In this document: positions 32,789 through 43,500 of the stretch, piece by piece
How the letters are laid out: the number at the start of each line of letters is the position of its first letter
Position numbering within the stretch: the first letter of the stretch is position 1
NCBI GenBank assembly: GCA_043803945.1
Contig: JAZDJN010000054.1
Coordinates: 1 to 64,000, forward strand
DNA length: 64,000 bases
Source: a bacterium
GTDB taxonomy: Bacteria > Bacteroidota > Ignavibacteria > UBA10030
Direction of reading: 5' to 3'
Made by a program: the position numbers and the translations under genes
Notes under the pieces: model-generated
What the model was told of the DNA's origin: nothing
Seen by the model: only the letters and a program-made list of their open reading frames with translations
Databases searched by the model: none

Positions 32789-32881
32789 GTGAGTCATTAA
32801 GTATTTTTTTATCGAAAAGGGTAAAGGCGAGCGATCCTTATAACTCAACCTTAGTGCTCACGCGGCTGAGTATCAACATTT

Positions 32882-35314
32882 ATGAAGCACACACCGTTTC
32901 CTCATACCAAGAGACTACACTCTGTAATATCTGTAAGCCATGCGTGGGTGCTTTGCCCTCTGATTAGGTTTTCACGACTGTTCCGACATTCGTACCTCAG
33001 AAACATCCATCTGCTACACCTTGCATTCTTGTTCCCCTTAATCCTCTATTCTCAAAATTTCAAACAGGGAACAGTTGATTCTCTTCTTCTGCGTGCAGAT
33101 TCCTGTCTAAAAAGGGGATTATCGGGCGAGGCAAAAAAACTCTTTGGGACAATTCTCTCCAATTCCGGATCAGCCTCCGTTCAAGCGTTATCGGGAAGAG
33201 GGTCTCTCTTTATGGCAGAAGGCCGGTGGGGGCAGGCACTCGACGACATAAAAAAAGCAGTGCAGGGTGCTCCGGAGAATATGGAGCTGCATTACCAGCT
33301 TGCGATCTGCGAGAGAGAGTATGCGCGCTTGTATTCCGGCGGAAGTCATTGGACGGATGCTAACAACGAGTTTCAGTGGATTCTGAGAAAAGACTCTCTC
33401 TATCAGGATATTCTCGGACAGTATGCACTCTTTCTGTATTTTCGCGGTGAGGGAGAGAAAGCCTTTGACGTTGCTCAACGGTTTGTCCTGAAGAAACCCC
33501 GCGATCCCCGTTCCCACCTTACTCTCCATAGGCTGTACCGATTATTTATCGCCGAGCATGATGAGGAAGAGGCTCTTGATGCATTTGAAAAGAGAGGTGA
33601 TGAGACTGCCCAGTATTTTGCGGGGGAGATACTCCGGAGAAGCGATAAACTCGAGAAGGCTGAGCAGATATTCCGCACACTCCTTTCCCGTGAACAAACA
33701 ATGCCGAGGCAGCCGATCTATCTTTCCCTTGCGCGTCTCTATGCCAAACGTGACCAACCCGATAGTGTAGACCGATGCTTCTGGTCAGCCGTGAATGATA
33801 TACAAGTCTTTGCCGGCATCGGATTTGTCTTTCGGGATCTCAAATATATTTTTTCTCCGACAGAGTACCAGCATTACATTTCACTTTCGAACGCTGCTCA
33901 GCAGGCAGTATTTTTCCGGACGTTTTGGCAGAGGAGAAATCCGGATCCAACGGCAATCCACAACAAACGGTTAGTGGAACATTACCAAAGGCTCAACGGT
34001 GCTGAGGAGCAATATGAATGCTGGTCATTCAGGCAGCAGCTCTTACCGGGTGAAATTCCAATTTCGTTTCCCCCGCTCTACGCGCTGAATCAGGAATTCA
34101 ACGATAAGGGATTGTTCTTTCTTCGTTTCGGCAAACCGGACCAGATTGCGACAAAGAGCGGATGGGAGCCGCTTTCGCAGACTGCTGGTTCAACTTTACG
34201 CTCCAGCACGGAGCTGGGTACAGGAACCGAGTCGTGGCTGTATACGAGAAAAGAAAATTATCCCAAAATGATTATTCACTTCAAGGAATTATCAGGAAGG
34301 CGGAATGAATGGCGGATTGGGACATGGGTGAGTGTCAACCTGCTTGAGAGATTGGCGGCCTGGGATATGAGCTATTTCGAGGTGTACCGTGATCCGGCAC
34401 GATATCTTGATCCCAACCAGAGTGAGGGGCAGCAGTGGATGGACAAGGTTGCCGAGGAGGGAGAGAAGACAGTTATTCTTGCACTCTCTATGGATCGGTC
34501 GTCGAGTGGTGAGAAGCTTATACAGATTCCAGTGCATTCCAGTGTCACCTCATTCCAGGGGCCCGCAAAGCGATCGTATGTGGATGTGAGCTATGCGATA
34601 CCGACCACAGCGATTCTCAACAAGGTGAGCGACACTACTCAAGTTGTCCGTGTTGAAATCGGGCTGCTTGTCCACAGCACATCGTCTGTGCAATTCTTGC
34701 GGCAGGTCGATACCGTTTCGATATCGCTGAAGGCGCATCCTTCCGGGATGTTTCTCGATCTGCTTCGGTTTCCCGCGCCGCCGGAGATTTACAACTTTGC
34801 GCTGCAAGTGAAAGTACTTGGCACACCGCTGGTGGGGGGATGGAGCTTTGTCGGAAAGGTCCCCGATTATTCAGGTACCGACCTCTCGATGAGCGATATT
34901 GAAATTCTCTTCCCTGTGCCGGAGCGGGGTGTCCTTCAGATCGATGGTGTCTCAGTTATGCCAAGTCCGTTTATTACGCTCATGACAACCGATCCTGTGA
35001 GAACCTATGTTCAGGTCTATAATCTACAGAAAGATTCGCTTGGAAAGACATCGTACACGATCGAATACAAATTGACCAAAGTTAGGTCAACCGAGAATTT
35101 TTTTGGCAAGGTATCGGGACTCTTCCGTTCGAAAAAGAAATCGGGTTCAACTTCGAAACTCGAATTGGGAGGGAAGGAAAAGGATGTGACTCAATATATG
35201 CCGCTGGTGGTGACAGATATTGAGCCAGGCGATTATTATTTGACGATACGAGTGACTGATCATAACAGGAAAAAAACAATTGAACGGTTGCGGCCGCTGG
35301 AGCTGCGGGAGTAA
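32882..35314 (+). CDS. TPR protein with GWxTD-like domain (paralog of 30214..32499)
   Basis: FWQRRNPDP...NKRLVEHYQR and NDKGLFFLRFGKPD; colinear similarity to the upstream protein. The true start is probably downstream of 32882. Confidence 0.75.
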   Translation: MKHTPFPHTKRLHSVISVSHAWVLCPLIRFSRLFRHSYLRNIHLLHLAFLFPLILYSQNFKQGTVDSLLLRADSCLKRGLSGEAKKLFGTILSNSGSASVQALSGRGSLFMAEGRWGQALDDIKKAVQGAPENMELHYQLAICEREYARLYSGGSHWTDANNEFQWILRKDSLYQDILGQYALFLYFRGEGEKAFDVAQRFVLKKPRDPRSHLTLHRLYRLFIAEHDEEEALDAFEKRGDETAQYFAGEILRRSDKLEKAEQIFRTLLSREQTMPRQPIYLSLARLYAKRDQPDSVDRCFWSAVNDIQVFAGIGFVFRDLKYIFSPTEYQHYISLSNAAQQAVFFRTFWQRRNPDPTAIHNKRLVEHYQRLNGAEEQYECWSFRQQLLPGEIPISFPPLYALNQEFNDKGLFFLRFGKPDQIATKSGWEPLSQTAGSTLRSSTELGTGTESWLYTRKENYPKMIIHFKELSGRRNEWRIGTWVSVNLLERLAAWDMSYFEVYRDPARYLDPNQSEGQQWMDKVAEEGEKTVILALSMDRSSSGEKLIQIPVHSSVTSFQGPAKRSYVDVSYAIPTTAILNKVSDTTQVVRVEIGLLVHSTSSVQFLRQVDTVSISLKAHPSGMFLDLLRFPAPPEIYNFALQVKVLGTPLVGGWSFVGKVPDYSGTDLSMSDIEILFPVPERGVLQIDGVSVMPSPFITLMTTDPVRTYVQVYNLQKDSLGKTSYTIEYKLTKVRSTENFFGKVSGLFRSKKKSGSTSKLELGGKEKDVTQYMPLVVTDIEPGDYYLTIRVTDHNRKKTIERLRPLELRE

Positions 35315-35919
35315 ATAGCTTTATCATTTCCCGGTTTCCAGTTCCACTCTAAACGCTCTCTGCACCGATCCCCAAACATCTCTAAAAAAGCAGACTGCAA
35401 GAACTGTTCTGTGAGTTGGTTTGCCTGCCGCCGCTTCTCCCGCGCAACATCGGCTTTCTCTAATATGGATGCGATTTGCTTTTGGATGGGAAGTGGGGGA
35501 AGAGGGACTCTAATTGATTCTAAATATGTTTTGTTTATATGCGGAATCGTTGCTCCGGTACAATGCTCTCTTAATGAAGAGAATTGCGATCGCAAAAACC
35601 AACCGAGATAGATTGGGGAGATCCCTTCGCTTACTATTCTCAGTCGAGCAAGTGTACTTCCAATGAATCCTTGTAACCCAAAACCAATTGTCCCCGCGTT
35701 TGCACCATCCCAATCAATTATGATATCTTTATTCGTAACCTCAACACCTTTCTCGTCTGTATACTTTAGATTGTTGTCAGTTCGCAAATCTTCAATTTGA
35801 ATGTATCTGCTTCCTCCATTCGTCGGAGATGTCAGGATAATATCATGTTTATTCCCCTTGGATATTGAGGTGAATTCGCCGAGCGGCTTCACGTTCCAAG
35901 CATTGATACTTACTCTCAT
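35260..35919 (-). pseudogene. hsdS: Type I R-M specificity subunit, half-size (one TRD plus conserved region)
   Basis: GATIPHI...PLPPLPIQKQIASILEKAD...LQSAFLEMFGD, after which homology ends at about 35367 and the frame runs into the convergent gene. Confidence 0.8.
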
Positions 35920-37136
35920 CTGCGTTGCTTTCGATTCATAAGAGCTTTTCTGGTTACTTCCACTTCATTCGCCAACCTCTTCTCATCAGGTAGAGCAAGC
36001 TTGTACTCTGCAGCGAGTACTTTGTTGGGTAATCCTTCGAGTGCATACCTGGCAACAGCAGTGTCCTTCTCAGCGCAGAGGATCAGTCCGACCGGCGGAT
36101 TCTCACCATCGTTCACCCAATGTTCACGAGCGTAATTGAGATACAGATGCATCTGCCCGGCATCGGCGTGTGTGAACTTACCGACCTTCAGGTCGATTAC
36201 CACCAAACATCTCAGCTTGCGGTGGAAGAAGAGAAGGTCGATGCGGTACCATTCGTTACCTATACGGAGACGTTTTTGTCTGCCAATGAATGCGAAGTCG
36301 CCGCCGAGCTCGAGCAGGAACCTCTCCAAGTGCACAATGAGGGCTTCCTCCAGATCATTCTCAGAGTACTCATCCTTCAATCCGAGAAACTCCAGCACGT
36401 ACGGATCTTTGATCTCCTCCTCGGCAGTTGGGATGTCTCCTGCCTGTGGCTTCGATCCTTTCTTTAGCATCGCTCCCTTCTTTCTAGAAAGAAGCGTGCG
36501 CTTATAAAATTTGGTCGAGATCTGTCTGTCCAATTGCCGCACAGACCAACCGCCGCGAATTGCTTCAGTTTCGTAGAAGGCACGAGCCTCGGGGTTCTCC
36601 ACTGAGAGGAAACGAACATAATGCGACCAAGGAAGAGGAAAGGTATGAGCAAGTTGCGAGAGAGTGATTTTCCGGGACAGTGTTTCGGATTTTCCAGACA
36701 GTGTCTGAATAATTTCAGGTTCGGTAGGCAGTGCCAGCATTTTCTGTATCGTTGCAGTTTCAGATTGTGCAGACAGTGTCTGCACAATTGAAGATTTGCC
36801 AGACAGTGTCTGTCGAATGTGATTTGGATCCCACGCAAGGAAAAAAGCTCTGATTTGAAACAGATTACGCCGGCTGAATCCACGACCGAACCGTGCTGTC
36901 AGATCTTCAGCCAATTTATCGATTACCTGTTCACCATAAGCTGCCCTTATGTATCCACGCTGCTCAAACTCCACGATCCTTTGCCCAATTTCCCAGTAGG
37001 TTGCAGTGAGAATAGCATTGACTGTTCGAGCGCTTGTTCGCCTTGCCTGCTCTAACAGCTCACTGACCGAAGAAAGGAGTCCATGGTAATCGCCAGCCCG
37101 GACAAGTACGCTTGATGCATTTTTCTTTTTTGCCAT
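35916..37136 (-). CDS. YhcG/DUF1016 PD-(D/E)XK nuclease-domain protein
   Basis: YWEIGQRIVE, GRGFS..NL, LPWSHY, KDPYVLEFL, IDLLFFHR and GQMHLYLNY. Confidence 0.92.
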   Translation of the reverse strand: MAKKKNASSVLVRAGDYHGLLSSVSELLEQARRTSARTVNAILTATYWEIGQRIVEFEQRGYIRAAYGEQVIDKLAEDLTARFGRGFSRRNLFQIRAFFLAWDPNHIRQTLSGKSSIVQTLSAQSETATIQKMLALPTEPEIIQTLSGKSETLSRKITLSQLAHTFPLPWSHYVRFLSVENPEARAFYETEAIRGGWSVRQLDRQISTKFYKRTLLSRKKGAMLKKGSKPQAGDIPTAEEEIKDPYVLEFLGLKDEYSENDLEEALIVHLERFLLELGGDFAFIGRQKRLRIGNEWYRIDLLFFHRKLRCLVVIDLKVGKFTHADAGQMHLYLNYAREHWVNDGENPPVGLILCAEKDTAVARYALEGLPNKVLAAEYKLALPDEKRLANEVEVTRKALMNRKQRR

Positions 37137-37138
37137 AG

Positions 37139-38670
37139 TTAGCGAATCATCGCCTTTATGTTTTGAATGTCTTGCGCAATTTCGTTTTCCAGCTCCAGCA
37201 CTTTTTTCATGATGGCTTCCGGTTTCTCATACTCGATCTCCTTGTGTTCGATTTCCTTGTAGCGTGAGATAGAGAGATCGTACTTGTTGGTGCGAATTTC
37301 ATCGGCAGGAACGGGGAAATGTTTGCCTTTTCGGTTCGGACCCCCCTCCAATCCCCCCTTAACAAGGGGGGACAATGGGGGGTCAGACGCGAACGCCATT
37401 TGTCGATAATATCCGGAATATCATTCTCCGAAACCTTCTGCCGCTTATCATCCAGCGAAAATCCATCCGCCTCCATATCATAAAACCAGACGTTGTCTGT
37501 TGTGCCGCCCTTCTGGAAGATGAGCACCGCAGTGGAGACTCCTGCGTAGGGTTTGAACACACCCGATGGCATGGAGATAACGCCCTCGAGTTTGCATTTG
37601 TCAACAAGTATCTTTCTCAACGCAAGATGTGCGTTGCTCGTGCCGAACAGCACACCGTCGGGCACAATCACGCTGCACCGCCCGCCTGTTACAAGCAGGT
37701 CGTACATCAATTCAATAAAGAGCAACTCTGTCTTTGTTGTTTTCACCGAGAACCGCTCGTTGATGTCGCTCTTATCGATAGATCCCTTGAACGGCGGATT
37801 GGCGAGTATAACATCGTACTGCGTCTTCTCGGCAAACGCTTTGGAGAGTGTATCGGTATAACGGAAGTTGGGATTGTCGATACCATGCAGCATCAGGTTC
37901 ATTGCGCCGATGCGCGTCATTGTGGCGTCGAAGTCGTAGCCGGTGAGCGCCTGGCTCTTGAGGAATTTTAACAGCTTCTTGTCGGCAATCCTATCGCCGA
38001 TGAGATGGTGCGGTTTCCCTTCATCGTCGTACTCAAGCACGTCGGGACTGGTATTCGATTCGAGTATGTGTTCGTATGCATTCACCAAAAATCCGCCTGT
38101 GCCCGCGGCCGGGTCGCAGATACGGTCGCCAACCTTTGGATCGACCAGCTTCACCATCATGCGGATGATATGCCTAGAAGTACGGAACTGTCCATTCTTG
38201 CCCGCCGTGGTAAGCTGCATCAGTAGATACTCGTACAGGTCTCCCTGCACATCGATGTTTTGTTCGCTTATGTGCATCTCGTCGATAATTTTCACAGCTT
38301 CTTGCAGCAACGATGCCTTTGGAATGATGAAGACTGCATCCTGCATATGCTGTGTGAAGGAGCTTGTCTCGCTTCCAAGATTGCGAAGAAACTCGAACAC
38401 TTTATCACGCACATGCTTCAACATCTGGTCGCCGGGCAACTGGCTCCAGTATGACCATCGGCATTCCTTGTTTGAGCGAAATACAGACTTGTACGGCGTG
38501 CCTCTGCGCTTCGCCGATGCAGTGCGAGCGTTGTCCATATCTTCCAGACGCTTGAGGAAGATAAGATAGGACATCTGCTCGATAGCCGTCAGCGGATTGG
38601 AGATACCGCCGGACCAAAACTTATCCCAGAGAGCGTTTACTTTTGATTTTAGTTGTGGGTCAGTGAGCAT
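37139..38670 (-). pseudogene. hsdM: Type I R-M m6A methyltransferase, frameshifted near the 3' end
   Basis: DPAAGTGGF (motif I), NPPF (motif IV) and PSGVFKPYAGVST. The normal C-terminus (YDLSISRYKEIEH...) is in a different frame, 37139-37340. Confidence 0.88.
37339..37384. repeat. GC-run palindrome inside hsdM
   Basis: GACCCCCC-TCCAA-TCCCCCCTT-AAC-AAGGGGGGA-CAAT-GGGGGGTC hairpin at the frameshift. Confidence 0.8.
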
Positions 38671-38712
38671 AAGTTTTTAATTCTTCCTCATGGTTTCGAC
38701 CCCACCCTTTGT

Positions 38713-38831
38713 GAGGCTGTCTTAAAAATACATTTATTGGTGGGATAGGCATTCTTGCCTGTCCGATATTAGCAAATAATGACAAACAGGAATGTTTGTC
38801 CCACCAAATTTTTTTCTTTTTGGACAGCCGC
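38713..38831. mobile_element. MITE-like inner element (copy B, no scaffold) with REP-like doublet
   Basis: Termini GAGGCTGTCTTAAAAA/TTTTTGGACAGCCGC. Internal inverted pair TTGGTGGGATAGGCATTCTTGCCTGTC / GACAAACAGGAATGTTTGTCCCACCAA. Confidence 0.7.
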
Positions 38832-39221
38832 ATAATGCAAGGCGGTCATGAAACTTTGTCTTCGAGATTTGATAGTCTCATTTATCTTTACAAGAACATC
38901 GTTTAATTTGTTATATATTTCTTCATTCGTGAACCTCACAACGCAAATTCCAAGTGCTTCGATTTCTTTTTGTCTGTTTCTATCATATTCAATCGCATCA
39001 GCTTTATCATGTGATGATCTATCAATTTCAATAGCAAGTTTGATTTCCGTTGAATAAAAATCTACCACATACGATCCAATGCTGTATTGCCGGCGAAACT
39101 TGCATCCATTTATTTGTCTGCTCCGTATCCGTGCCCACAAGAGCCGTTCTGCTTCTGTCATCTCCCGGCGCAGTTCCTGCCGCCGCTCCTTCATCTCAAA
39201 CCTGTTGAAGACATCAGTCAT
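38769..39221 (-). CDS. DUF559 / Vsr-like endonuclease-domain protein
   Basis: LRREMTEAERLLW, KFRRQYSIGSYVVDFY, LAIEID..SH and VRFTNEEI. The 3' end reads into the MITE. Confidence 0.88.
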   Translation of the reverse strand: MTDVFNRFEMKERRQELRREMTEAERLLWARIRSRQINGCKFRRQYSIGSYVVDFYSTEIKLAIEIDRSSHDKADAIEYDRNRQKEIEALGICVVRFTNEEIYNKLNDVLVKINETIKSRRQSFMTALHYAAVQKEKNLVGQTFLFVIIC

Positions 39222-39294
39222 ACACTATGATAATACTAAAATATCCTCCTTCACAAGTCGAAGATCCCGCTTGCTCTTGAGCGGGAGGGTCGCC

Positions 39295-39360
39295 ACCGCC
39301 CGACCAGAATTTATCCCAGAGGGCGTCGACTTGACTTTTCAGTTGAAGATCGATGAGCAT
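39295..39360 (-). pseudogene. Duplicated 5' fragment of hsdM (22 codons)
   Basis: Encodes MLIDLQLKSQVDALWDKFWSGG versus MLTDPQLKSKVNALWDKFWSGG at the start of hsdM. Confidence 0.85.
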
Positions 39361-39361
39361 C

Positions 39362-42300
39362 TCAATTAGCTATTTGTTCATAAAGAATGATCCGAGTTTG
39401 GGGATCAGGTGAGAGATGAGGTGCCATCAAGGGTTCATCAATTACAATTGATGATCTCACCTTCCAGTCCTCTTTCGATACAATTCGAAAACGGTTGAGG
39501 ACAACGTCAAGGTTCTTTCTTACCCATTCCACTCTCCGTAAATGCTTCGCAAGATGTGACTGAGGGCCGTCAAAAAGTTCTTTTAGTTCTTGATGAAACT
39601 CATATGGTGTTCTTGAGAGAAGAAGGTCTTTGCACTCAATAATATCGATGATTTTATCTTGCGGATATAATACAATAACGTCAATATCGCCTAATGACTG
39701 TCCGCGTCCAAACTCCATTTCCACTTTTCCGAACCTCTTTATGTTGGAATCGACGATCACGTTCTCACTTTTTTTGAATTGTTGAGCCACTTTCTCATTA
39801 AACTGGCGACCGTATGGCTCCCTGAGTTTGCTAATAATACGCTGCAAAGCTGTTGATTTTACCTGACTATGGAGGCGACCGGAAACGATAGTTCCGAAGA
39901 AGTTGTTGAACGCCGTCCAAAGCATCCTTACACCAAAATGGATATACGGTATGCCGTTTCTTAATTCAACAATTAATGGTCGACGGATGTATGATACTTG
40001 TCGATTGAATCTCCAAGGATAGTAGTGGTGCTTCCCAGAGAACTTAGGATGGCTAAAAAACTCTGTTCTTGGTTCAAACACAAGCGCCTCCAATAGCACA
40101 GCAATACGTTCAGGTGGAATCTTGCCATCTGAGGTTAATGATTGATGTATATTTTCGTAAACACCAACGTAGATAGTTAAATCACTTTTCAATGCAATCG
40201 AATGCAAACAACCGACAAGGTTAGAATAATCATCCAGAGTATATCCAAATTCTTCTAACATGCCAGTATTCACTTCCATCAACAAATCGCTCGTTCGTTC
40301 ATCAGGTGGATCGACTTGCTTTATGGTAGAGCTCCAGTGCTTTTGAAAAACTCTGAGGAGGTGACTAGAGTATCGAGTGAAATACTGTGAAGTAAAAGCA
40401 GACAAGGCTTTTTCATACTGCTCTCTTGTGCGACCTACGCGACCTGAATCGAGTAGTTTGACCTTCATATTACCAATATTGTAATAGAGTAGATCACTGG
40501 TAAATCCCCAGCTAACAATTTGCTCTGCTATAGCAACCAAGCGGTCAAGGGACGCCTCACTGACAGGACGAATTCCAGATGGGGGCTGCGCCGCTACGTA
40601 TTCTATAAGGAACCTACTTGCAATACTAGATTCCGATATCTTTTTCGATCGTTCTTCGAACATTGAACTAATCTTTGATTGATCAGCAATTTCCAACTGC
40701 ATAGGCATCTGCATTTCAATAAGTGCCTTCTCTCGAACTAGTGCTTCATTCTGTCCTATGAGCGTTTCGATCAGATCTGTGGCACGATAGGTTGCTACCT
40801 CTTTTTTCAGTTCCGAAAAGAGATGACTGACGATATGTTCATTAATGAACGTTGCTTGTTTTCCAGGATCATCTTCAATTTTAAGTTTGAGGCTGGTAAC
40901 ATGTTCACCAACGTCATCCAGCATGGATTCTATGTCCATTTCATCAACAAGCCTTGGATCGTCAATTCCCCTAGGATCAAGCTCTGGATTCGTAATAGTA
41001 TCAACAGTAGATATTTTCTTCTTTCGTCCGAGTGGTGCATACTTGTTGAGCAACTGCTCGATGCTGGTCGTTCCAAATGGATCACTTGCCAGGTTTCTTC
41101 TTACTACCTCACCGAGTGCCCTGAGGAGGATACCAATAGCAAACCTTTCTCCTTCGTTTGTTTGGCCATACATCTTGTGTACAATCGCAGGATAAATTTC
41201 TACCGTGATCATTTCTTTGGTCGTTATATCGCATATCAAGTAAGCCTCGTCTCTGAGTGGTGGTTCGCTCGGCCTCCAAGAATTCCAGTCAGCCTTTTCG
41301 TCGATTTTAATCTGGATAACAAACTGAGAGTATAGTTGCTTGATTTGGAGAAATATTAGTTCTAAGGCTTCGCGCATTTCATACAACCAAAAACTGAACA
41401 TCTCGATCATTTCGATCACGATTCTACGAGGGTCACCCGACAGCTTCTCGTTTTCACAGACAAACCAGATAGGAATGGTAAAAGCTTCAAGCAATACTTC
41501 AACAGCGCTTGGGATATCTCTTGGGATATACACGGGAGTATTATCACCGTGCAACTTGATCACCTCTGTGATCGCATCTCTTGAAGGTGTCACTACCGCG
41601 TGGCGATCAATCTTTATAAGCGCTTCTGTCCTCACTGCTCTTGCAAAGTCACCTGGGAGATAGAGCATGGTAGGTTGAGTTTCATCGCCAATGTAATACG
41701 AATATTTTTTGGATCGAAAGAAGCCATACTCATCCATAGTATCAAAACTGATGATCTGAGTTCTATTTCGGATTCTTTTTTGAGCAATTGCGTATTTATA
41801 CAAAAAGAGATTCTTTCCACCCTCAAGTGTAGCAATAATATCTAGTGTTGCGGAGGAAAGGCACAGTGCTGGGAAATCATAATACGGCTGGCAAAATTGA
41901 AATTTGGTCCACCGAAGAAAATGACAAAACAAAAACAGATACATTATCTCATTGGGTGGATTCTTGGAGAGGAAAAAAATATCCGATAGCTCTTTCAATT
42001 TCACGTGCAAGACGGATGAATCTCCAATAGTATTCACATTGGATCGCGGAACTAGATCATCGGTGAGTAAACACACGATCATCACCTTATCAACATCAAA
42101 TCCAAAAGCACCAATGACGCTTGAAAGCCTGGCATCCTCTTTAGGTTCCAAGCCCTTGATAGGGAGTGCTTCAAGCCAACTAAGGTGAGTAGACACACTT
42201 GCCCACGCTTTGTGTCGCAGTTCCTGTGCAAATTTGTCTCTCAATCCATTTTGTTCAAGTACATTAATTATGTGGTGTTTCAGCGAAGGCAAGAGCGCGC

Positions 42301-43045
42301 TTGAGTCACTTACTATGAAGGAAGATCGAGTTTTTATGATCGGTGTCCTAATCATATCTCCCTCATCGAAGTCTCTAAGAAATCTCTCAATTCGAACTTG
42401 CCCGATTGGAGTACAAAATGGATCATATTCATTTGTTCTAAAGCCACATTTTCTACCTAAATCGTTGAATTCATCAAAGGTAAAAGTTACTGAATGTTGA
42501 AGCTGATGGAGTTGTTCTTCTTTTGGAATAACTATTTTATCTGAGTATTGAGCTTGAGTATTTCTGAGAATCCCAGCTTTTTGAGCAATCCGCTCGCTAA
42601 CGGTGAGAATAAAAAGGCATTTTGAATACAGATCTACCGAGATTGCATCAGGTAGTAAGGATTCAGTTGGGTGGAACAATGCATGGAAAAGAAGATCAGC
42701 TGTATGATGCTACGCATCAAAACTTCCTGGAAAAATCCTATATCCTCCACCAAAGAAAACAATCTCTTCACAAAGAGGTTGTTTCGAAGGATCTTCTGCG
42801 CGGGTGAAATATGAGTCTGCTATTTCATTACCGTTGACAAGTTCATCAAGTTCTGCTGGGGAGATTTCCGGTTGATCGTTTTCAACATTCGCGGCGGCCA
42901 GATTGCAAAGAGCATCAATCCGGACGACATGATCGGAGTTCTCTGTATGAATGCGCAACGCCGCCAATTTACACAATAAATCGACAGTATTATAGCCCTC
43001 AATTTCCCCTTTTAGAACTTTAATTGTGTGTTTATTATTATTCAC
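39362..43045 (-). pseudogene. Large (1227-codon) hypothetical protein with C-terminal PD-(D/E)XK-like nuclease, interrupted by one in-frame TAG at 42710-42712
   Basis: ORFs 42710..43045 and 39362..42679 are in the same frame (..FDA*HHTADLLFHALFHP..). C-terminal GDIDV...IIECKD motif. Confidence 0.75.
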
Positions 43046-43073
43046 CGCTATCAGTACGAAATAATTTCAAGTT

Positions 43074-43224
43074 CTATCCAGTGAACCTCTTCGCCAAATA
43101 AATCAACGTGTTAATCTCGTTTTCGCTAAACAGCTTCGCCACCGCATTATTCATATCAAGCATACATTTTACCTGTTCGATACTTTACCTTTGGCTCCTC
43201 AGCGCCAAAGCCAATTCGCCGCTT
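43074..43224 (-). repeat. Direct repeat unit 2: ORF6N-protein tail plus 26-codon ORF
   Basis: KRRIGFGAEEPKVKYRTGKMYA*, then 1 nt, then MNNAVAKLFSENEINTLIYLAKRFTG*. Confidence 0.8.
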
Positions 43225-43497
43225 ATAGGGCATATGCTTGGAATGCCTTCCTCTCTTTAAGGTACCAAATTGGTACCTTAGAGTCGAATACTCTTCCACT
43301 GTGAGAACAAACATGAAGTCGCCCGGAAAACGATCACGGTTTCTGTTCACAGCCCGTTTGAGAGCTTTAGTCTCTACCTCATATAAATCGGCAAGGTCGG
43401 TATCCAGAATTACCTTTTGTCCTCGAATCAGTAGAATTCTCCGCTCGATAACTTCCGGCACCAATTCGACCCGTTTCAATAGCCTCTCCTTTTTCAT
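43156..43497 (-). pseudogene. ORF6N-domain protein, internally deleted
   Basis: IRGQKVILDTDLADLYEVET...RNRDRFPGDFMF. PY is joined directly to KRRIGF, so the AFTEQGVAMLSSVL segment usual in this family is absent. Confidence 0.8.
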
Positions 43498-43500
43498 TAT

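Noticed and set aside
37139-37399. Separate 86-aa gene
   Set aside because: It is the out-of-frame C-terminus of hsdM; its N-terminus is translated palindrome.
42710-42712. In-frame TAG as pyrrolysine or stop-codon recoding
   Set aside because: Other genes here end normally at TAG (e.g. 27575, 32499), no pyl genes are in view, and neighbouring genes are also decayed. A nonsense mutation or sequencing error is simpler.
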